This document shows, piece after piece, positions 58,473 to 64,000 of a stretch of DNA of 64,000 nucleotides (the stretch's first letter is position 1; every line of letters starts with the position of its first letter). This stretch comes from an uncultured virus (IMG/VR IMGVR_UViG_3300007511_001544) (taxonomy: Duplodnaviria > Heunggongvirae > Uroviricota > Caudoviricetes). Location: the IMG/VR virus record IMGVR_UViG_3300007511_001544, positions 1 through 64,000 of that record; one strand, 5' to 3'. Under the pieces are notes generated by a model. It was given only the letters and a program-made list of their open reading frames with translations, did no database searches and had not been told where the DNA came from. The position numbers and the translations under genes were made by a program.

Positions 58473-59407
58473 AGACCTAAGTCTCCTTTCTTAAACACAT
58501 CATACCATGCGTTTTTATTAAGGTTAATAATTTCTATACCATTTAAATCTGCACTCTCACGCAAAATCCTCATATCATCTGTTAGAAATTCTTGGAAGAC
58601 GTGACGCCAGTGTCCAACGTTACCTGGGTTAGGAACATAATAGGGCTTGTCGGCACCTTCAGCATACCCAAGCGTATAGTCTAAATCAAGTCCGGTAACA
58701 TATATTGGATTACACCCCATCATAACAGCAAACATAACACAAAACAATCCTACCGTCTGTCCAACGCCCATATGTTGGGGGTGTCCAGTTATCTCTTGTA
58801 ATTTTTCTTGTATAGTTGTTTCCTGCATCAAATGACAACACTTTCCAAAGCGTGACCAGCCGCCCGCAACGACCCCATGTACCTGAGCACAGTGTGGGTT
58901 TACACTTCTTGTATCTGGGAGTTGCCACATTTGGGCATTATTCCCGTACATTCTAAAATCTAGATTCCTGTTTTCATCGTGATATTTTTTAAAGTTTTTC
59001 AAAATGTCCAGACACTTATGTCCTTTAAAGTGTCTATTATCGAACGGAAGATAATCACACTTTAAGTTCTTATCTACAAAATCTGGATCTGTCAAATCGG
59101 CTGTTCTGTTATATAATAGAGGTACCCCCTGAGTATTAAAAACATCTGGTGGGTATCCTCTCATTTTCCAAATGTTCTCGTTTAATACTGAGTCCCTAAT
59201 ATTAAGCTCGGCATTGGAAATTACCCAATAATCTGGCTTTTCTTTAAAGAAATCAAACCACTCATTTACAGAAATTCTTATTATTTTATCCTGTTTTTGG
59301 AGGTTTTGAATTTCATCTATGTGTGGTGATAAACTGGGTCCATGGAGAGCAACCACACACGGCTTTCCTTTGTGTTTATTAATAATATCTTTGTAATCTA
59401 ATCTCAT
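58469..59407 (-). CDS. Maf/DUF115-like putative nonulosonate glycosyltransferase
   Basis: HKGKPCVV..HGPSL, ISVN, PDYWV, A..MGCNPIYVTGLD, IINL; directly upstream of neuB-neuA. Confidence 0.6.
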   Translation of the reverse strand: MRLDYKDIINKHKGKPCVVALHGPSLSPHIDEIQNLQKQDKIIRISVNEWFDFFKEKPDYWVISNAELNIRDSVLNENIWKMRGYPPDVFNTQGVPLLYNRTADLTDPDFVDKNLKCDYLPFDNRHFKGHKCLDILKNFKKYHDENRNLDFRMYGNNAQMWQLPDTRSVNPHCAQVHGVVAGGWSRFGKCCHLMQETTIQEKLQEITGHPQHMGVGQTVGLFCVMFAVMMGCNPIYVTGLDLDYTLGYAEGADKPYYVPNPGNVGHWRHVFQEFLTDDMRILRESADLNGIEIINLNKNAWYDVFKKGDLGL

Positions 59408-59411
59408 TTTC

Positions 59412-60362
59412 TTACCATATAAAATTTTTCTTATAAAAAGAAACTATTTCGTCTATTTCTTCATCAAATATCTTCTTAGGTGTCCAACCAAGAGATCTTA
59501 TTTTGTTGTCATCTAAACAATATCTCATATCCTGACCTTCTCTCTCATATGAATAATCAACATACTTTTCCCAGTCGTCATCTGTTCCATAGAATGACTT
59601 GATAATCTTTCGGACAGTTTCTGCGTTTGTTTGCTCAAAATCGCCGGCAATGTTGAAAATATCATTTGTTACCCCAGAATCAATAAGAGTCATGATTGCT
59701 TCAGCCGTGTCATCTGCGTGAAGCCAGTTCCTTACAGGTGTTCCGTTGTTGTGGAGCCAAATCTTCCTGTCACGCAACAGATTCTTCACACTGAGAGGTA
59801 TAAGCTTTTCTGGATATTGTCTCATACCGTAATTGTTTGTTGGTCTGGCTATCAAATATTTAATACCATAAGTTCTTGCCCAGGCAAAGACCAGCATATC
59901 TGCTGCTGCTTTGGCTGCCGAATATGGATTGCTTGGGTGTAACAAGTCTGTCTCTTTGTGAGACCCTTCTTCTATATCTCCGTAAACCTCGTCAGTACTT
60001 ACATGTAAAAAGATTGGTCTCTCTCCACAGTTTATTGGTTTAAACCTAACTAAGTCTAAAAGGTTTTTTGTACCCACGATGTTAGTGTTTATAAATTCAT
60101 CGCTGTTTATAATACTGTTACCAACATGTGATTCTGCTGCAAAGTTGACAACATAATCGCAATCGTATAAAACATCCAGATCTTTAATATCTTCCTGTTT
60201 AAACCTAAAGTTTTCATAAGTCTGGAACTCTTTTAGAATTTTTGTATTTGCGGCGTAAGTAACTTTATCTACACCATAAACCATCCATCCTCTTTCTAGG
60301 CACTTTTTCGTAAAATACGATGGAATAAAACCAAGACAACCAGTAATATATACTATTTTCAT
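59412..60362 (-). CDS. rmlB: dTDP-glucose 4,6-dehydratase
   Basis: ITGCLGFI, DKVTYAA, NFAAESHV, VSTDEVYG, PSNPYSAAKA, NNYG.RQYPEKLIP; start at ATG 60362. Confidence 0.85.
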   Translation of the reverse strand: MKIVYITGCLGFIPSYFTKKCLERGWMVYGVDKVTYAANTKILKEFQTYENFRFKQEDIKDLDVLYDCDYVVNFAAESHVGNSIINSDEFINTNIVGTKNLLDLVRFKPINCGERPIFLHVSTDEVYGDIEEGSHKETDLLHPSNPYSAAKAAADMLVFAWARTYGIKYLIARPTNNYGMRQYPEKLIPLSVKNLLRDRKIWLHNNGTPVRNWLHADDTAEAIMTLIDSGVTNDIFNIAGDFEQTNAETVRKIIKSFYGTDDDWEKYVDYSYEREGQDMRYCLDDNKIRSLGWTPKKIFDEEIDEIVSFYKKNFIW

Positions 60363-60363
60363 A

Positions 60364-61707
60364 TTACACCCTCTCGAAGAAGTTGTCAACAACTTTTTCA
60401 ATATAATCCAACTTTTGGTCGGTTATCCCAATGAAGGTTCCCATAAAAAAAGTATCAACGGTAGCAACGTGAGCGTTTGGAAATCTTTCTATAAGGTTTT
60501 CATATTTAGAAGCATATTCCTTATATGCTGGGTGGTATAAGCAGTTACCTGTGAAATATGATCTTGTCTGGATCTTGTGTTCTTCCAGATACTCAACCAA
60601 ATCCTGTTTTGTGAACTTGTTGTTTTGTTTTACTGTCGTCATAAACCCAAACCAACAGGGATCTGATTTTGGAGTTGCAGTTGGAAGCATAAAATATTCG
60701 TTATATTTTGAAAATATTTCCTTGAGGCGAAGAAAGTTCTTGCGCCGAGCAGAATCCATTGATGGAAGTTTTTCTATTTGTTCAAGTCCTATTGCTGACT
60801 GAAGCTCTAATGGTTTTAGATTAAAGCCTACCTCATCAAACACATATCGATGATCATAAACAAAACTCTGATTGCCATCTCTTAACCACTCTCTAAATCT
60901 GTTTCCACAGGCTGTGCCGTCTGTAACATCTCCTGGCTTTTTCTCGTTGCAGTAACAAGCACGACCCCAATCTCTAAAGCTTGCCAGAACCCTTCGGATT
61001 CTTGGGTCATCTGTTGCTACAAAACCTCCTTCCCCCATTGTCATATGGTGCGCTGGATAAAACGAACACGAAGAGGCATGGCCAAAAGACCCCAAAGGTT
61101 TTCCGTCATAAAAAGACCCCAAGGCATCGCACGAATCTTCTAGAAATATTAGATCATATTTCTCAACCAAACTCATAACCCTGTCCATATCTGGTGGGTT
61201 TCCTAAAACGTGAGCGAACATTAGTCCTTTTATGTCTTTGTCTGTTTCTAATAATCTTTCTACTTCGTCTAAATTTAGATTAAGAGATGGTAAGTCAACA
61301 TCAACAAATACTGGCTCGAATCCTGCCTGAATAATAGGATTAATCGTAGTAGGGAAACAAACTACAGGCGTGATGATTTTACTCCCCTTTGGGAGGTGAT
61401 ATTTCTTCATAAACTTTTGCTTGCTTGTAAAGGCATGTACCATTACAAGATTAGCAGAACTGCCAGAATTTGTCAGAATTCCGTACCTCTTGCCCAGGTG
61501 CGATGGAAATCTATTCTCAAATTCCCTAGATCTTTTTCCTATAACAAGCCATCCGTCCAGTAGTGTTTCTACGGCGGCCGCATACTCATCCGAAGAAAAA
61601 TTAGGACCAGAATAATTAATCCAATCACCCTCCTCCCATGATTTTTTGAGGAGATTTTCTTCTGCGTACTCTCTTACAAGTGAAAGTATCTCTTCTAGCT
61701 TATTCAC
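60364..61707 (-). CDS. rfbH: NDP-4-keto-6-deoxyglucose 3-dehydrase (RfbH/DdhC/E1)
   Basis: NSGSSAN, AHVLGNP, EDSCDALG, SFYPAHHMTMGEGG, RDWGRACYC...CG Fe-S Cys cluster, YDHRY. Confidence 0.85.
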   Translation of the reverse strand: MNKLEEILSLVREYAEENLLKKSWEEGDWINYSGPNFSSDEYAAAVETLLDGWLVIGKRSREFENRFPSHLGKRYGILTNSGSSANLVMVHAFTSKQKFMKKYHLPKGSKIITPVVCFPTTINPIIQAGFEPVFVDVDLPSLNLNLDEVERLLETDKDIKGLMFAHVLGNPPDMDRVMSLVEKYDLIFLEDSCDALGSFYDGKPLGSFGHASSCSFYPAHHMTMGEGGFVATDDPRIRRVLASFRDWGRACYCNEKKPGDVTDGTACGNRFREWLRDGNQSFVYDHRYVFDEVGFNLKPLELQSAIGLEQIEKLPSMDSARRKNFLRLKEIFSKYNEYFMLPTATPKSDPCWFGFMTTVKQNNKFTKQDLVEYLEEHKIQTRSYFTGNCLYHPAYKEYASKYENLIERFPNAHVATVDTFFMGTFIGITDQKLDYIEKVVDNFFERV

Positions 61708-62530
61708 TTAATCTTTCCGTCAAATTTCTCAACCCTACAACAAGACCCTGTAGGTCAAGACCAAGAGTTTCCAATTTATCACTACACCCAGTATAGGTGT
61801 TTGCAAACCCATCTTCTTCTAATATTATATCAGAACTAGAATTTGTTAAAGTTACAATCTCTGCTGCTATATTCCTTAATGTATGTTTTTCTTTGTAGCA
61901 TATGTTGATATTTTCATAATCTTTCCCTGGATCATTTTCCAAATAGTGACGAACAACAGTTGCCACGTCATCTGATGAAACAAAATCCATCATCTTATTT
62001 TTATGAATTAATATTGGCTCTCCTTTTAAAGCCCTTAAAATGGAAGATTTTATAAACCTAGTTTTTGCTTCATGAAACCCAAAGCACCCGAACAACCTAA
62101 GATTATAAACATCAAACAATTTATCGCACTCACGGGCGATTATGTTTTTCGACATCCCATAATAATCAGAGGGTGTAAATGAGTAAATTCTGTTTTCTTG
62201 GTATTTGTATATATCAGCATTTTTTCCGAAAGCTGCCCCAGAACAGAAGTTGATTAGTTTTCCAAAAGAATGCCTGTTTGCTACCAAATTATTAAACATC
62301 GAAATGTTGTCAACAAAGGTTTGGAGAGTATCTGTTTCGTTTCTTCTGCCTCCGATTATGGCAGTGTGTACGACGGCATCAAACCTGTTTTGTTGCAAGA
62401 ATATTCTTACAGACTGACTGTCCGTTAAGTTTACTTCTTTTCTTCCGGCACAAGTTATATCAAGATCGTCAAATTTCTCGTATAACTCTTTTGCTAAAAA
62501 ACCGTTTCGCCCAGTTATTAGGACCTTCAT
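61700..62530 (-). CDS. NAD-dependent epimerase/reductase (dideoxysugar synthase-like)
   Basis: ITGRNGFLA, VVHTA, YGMSK, LRLFGCFG. Confidence 0.75.
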   Translation of the reverse strand: MKVLITGRNGFLAKELYEKFDDLDITCAGRKEVNLTDSQSVRIFLQQNRFDAVVHTAIIGGRRNETDTLQTFVDNISMFNNLVANRHSFGKLINFCSGAAFGKNADIYKYQENRIYSFTPSDYYGMSKNIIARECDKLFDVYNLRLFGCFGFHEAKTRFIKSSILRALKGEPILIHKNKMMDFVSSDDVATVVRHYLENDPGKDYENINICYKEKHTLRNIAAEIVTLTNSSSDIILEEDGFANTYTGCSDKLETLGLDLQGLVVGLRNLTERLSE

Positions 62531-63465
62531 TTTTTATTATTGAAAATATCTTCTTTAGGGGTTACTGTGTTTGGAGTTGGACTATGGTTAGTTGGAAATC
62601 CTTGATCGGTTTCATACTTCCATTTTGCATTAGAAAGAAGTTTCTCAAGCTCCTCATCTTTAATTTCATAGAAGTTTTCTTCTGAGGGAAACACTCCATT
62701 GCGAACTTCTTCGGCATATTGTTCCAAAGCCGTTTGAATAATGGCTCCAGCCTCGCAGTATCTCTTAACAAACTTGGACTTAAACTCCCAAAATAACCCA
62801 ACCAAGTCGTGCATAATAACAAGCTGACCATCCACCAAATCCCCAGCGCCAATACCATACACCGGGATGCTCAACTCTTTCGCTACTGCTTGTGCTGATT
62901 CTCTTGGCATCGCCTCTAACAGAAGGAAGGCACATCCGGCCTCTTGTAGTTCGAGTGCTTGATTAAGAATAATTTCTGTGCTCTCCGCAGTTTTTCCCTG
63001 AACTCTATAGCCACCTAACTTTGCTCTTGTGTGAGGGGTGAGACCTAAGTGACTCTGAACGAGAATTCCGGCATCAGCAATTGCTTTGATACGATCCACC
63101 ATCGCTCCCTCGACTTTGACAGAATCCATGCCAGCCCGAATAAACCGACCAGCATTATGTACTGCTTCGCTGTTTGAAGCTTGATAAGACATGTAAGGCA
63201 TGTCTCCCACCAGAAAAGCACTCTTGGCTCCACGGGCAACTGCTTCGGCGTGCAGAATCATAGCGTCCATTGTAACTGGTATAGTTGTTTTATGACCCAA
63301 GGTGGTCATCCCTAAAGAATCGCCAACAAGTATCCCATCAACTCCCGCCTTGTCAGCGAGTAGTGCCTGTGGATAATCATAGGCGGTCACAAATACAGAT
63401 TTCTTTTCTTGTCTCTTGTGCCTCCTTAGTGTTAAAATAGTTGTCTTTTTTGGGTCGGTTGCCAT
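62527..63465 (-). CDS. panB: Ketopantoate hydroxymethyltransferase-like protein
   Basis: TAYDY, LVGDSLG, GDMPYMSY, VKVEG, HLGLTP, GIGAG..DGQ.V..HD. Confidence 0.85.
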   Translation of the reverse strand: MATDPKKTTILTLRRHKRQEKKSVFVTAYDYPQALLADKAGVDGILVGDSLGMTTLGHKTTIPVTMDAMILHAEAVARGAKSAFLVGDMPYMSYQASNSEAVHNAGRFIRAGMDSVKVEGAMVDRIKAIADAGILVQSHLGLTPHTRAKLGGYRVQGKTAESTEIILNQALELQEAGCAFLLLEAMPRESAQAVAKELSIPVYGIGAGDLVDGQLVIMHDLVGLFWEFKSKFVKRYCEAGAIIQTALEQYAEEVRNGVFPSEENFYEIKDEELEKLLSNAKWKYETDQGFPTNHSPTPNTVTPKEDIFNNKK

Positions 63466-63468
63466 TTT

Positions 63469-64000
63469 TTATTCCTCATAGTTTATAGGCTCGATAATCA
63501 TGTTATCGTAAAATTCTTCTCTAGTTAAGAGCGGATACATATCTTCGAATGGTCTAGACACGATTCTTCCGTCTTTTGTCTTTGTCGATATAAGCGTTGG
63601 AACAACTTCTTGCCATTTTTGACACATCACCTCACACACAACTGGACCATCATAATTCAGAACCTTTTGTATGCCATCTTCCAACCCCTCAACAGTTTCA
63701 ATCTTAAAATACTTCAGCCCGTAGGCGTCGGTAATTTTTTCTATGTTTGGAAGTGACACTCCAGAATCGCCGTCAACACCTATAAATCTGCCATCAAAAA
63801 ACTTTCTCTGTGTTGTTCTGATAGACAAATATCCGTGATTGTTCCACACGAAAAGTTTTATCGGTAGGTTATAATGTTTTATTGTCTGAAGTTCTTGGAT
63901 GTTTGTTTGGAAAGATCCATCGCCTGTAATTCCTATAACCTCTTTATCTCCCCTTGCAACACTAACCCCAATGGCGGCGGGGATCGTAAACCCCATGTCT
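63469..64000 (-). CDS. Acetolactate synthase-like ThDP enzyme (YerE-like), C-terminal part; runs off right edge
   Basis: MGFTIPAAIG, GDGS...NN ThDP motif, GYLSIR, S.P.EDM.P C-terminus. Confidence 0.8.
   Translation of the reverse strand, partial: DMGFTIPAAIGVSVARGDKEVIGITGDGSFQTNIQELQTIKHYNLPIKLFVWNNHGYLSIRTTQRKFFDGRFIGVDGDSGVSLPNIEKITDAYGLKYFKIETVEGLEDGIQKVLNYDGPVVCEVMCQKWQEVVPTLISTKTKDGRIVSRPFEDMYPLLTREEFYDNMIIEPINYEE

Noticed and set aside
60363..60401. ORF-track start MKKLLTTSS on rmlB resembling the MKKLLTEW leader
   Set aside because: It lacks WR and L-x-E and lies inside the rfbH 3' end; the real start is almost certainly MKIVYITG at 60362
223..63239. Numerous plus-strand ORFs and short nested minus-strand ORFs in the ORF track
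   Set aside because: All overlap longer minus-strand genes that have recognisable motifs and tight coupling; they lack motifs and read as antisense or alternate-frame shadows
1..64000. Stop-codon reassignment, as in some large phages
   Set aside because: TAA, TAG and TGA all terminate genes that are directly followed by the next start, and coding density is already near complete under code 11
44172..64000. Ordinary bacterial O-antigen/capsule locus or a eukaryotic giant-virus sugar cluster
   Set aside because: No membrane flippase, polymerase or export genes in the window and seamless coupling to phage genes; SD sites, a peptidoglycan peptidase and baseplate genes argue against a eukaryotic virus. 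Not fully excluded without flanking sequence

Overview
A gene-dense 64 kb segment of a large (jumbo or 'huge') myovirus-type bacteriophage genome. Essentially every real gene is on the minus strand, uses the standard code and abuts or overlaps its neighbour. In transcription order (right to left) it contains four blocks. (1) A ~20 kb nucleotide-sugar/glycosylation cluster that runs off the right edge. It includes a YerE/ALS-like ThDP enzyme, PanB-like, RfbH/E1, RmlB, Maf/DUF115-like transferase, NeuB, NeuA, class III aminotransferase, methyltransferase, VOC, SDRs, cupins, GT10-like transferase, split ThDP E1 alpha/beta pair, ColD-like, WcbK/Gmd-like, split HldE-like kinase and nucleotidyltransferase, and a HAD phosphatase. 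(2) A small block with an FmdB zinc ribbon and a T4 gp55-like sigma factor. (3) A ~37 kb baseplate/tail module: OB-fold plus M15 peptidase, HxH spike, 2275-aa LysM protein, gp25, gp6, DNRLRE-like, 3673-aa LamG protein and several tail-collar-like proteins. (4) RuvC, a HAD nucleotidase, a primase, then an array of five unrelated proteins that share one 14-aa N-terminal leader. The most striking signals are: that leader-tagged array (ART-like, zincin, ParB-like and RNase-like cargoes, each leader ending in L-x-E), which looks like a modular capsid-packaged effector system; a TATTTA-N4-ATG motif at exact spacing before four genes; and [S/T]GS enrichment in virion proteins next to a Maf/nonulosonate glycosylation pathway. 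All product calls come from motif recognition by eye, and no database searches were run.
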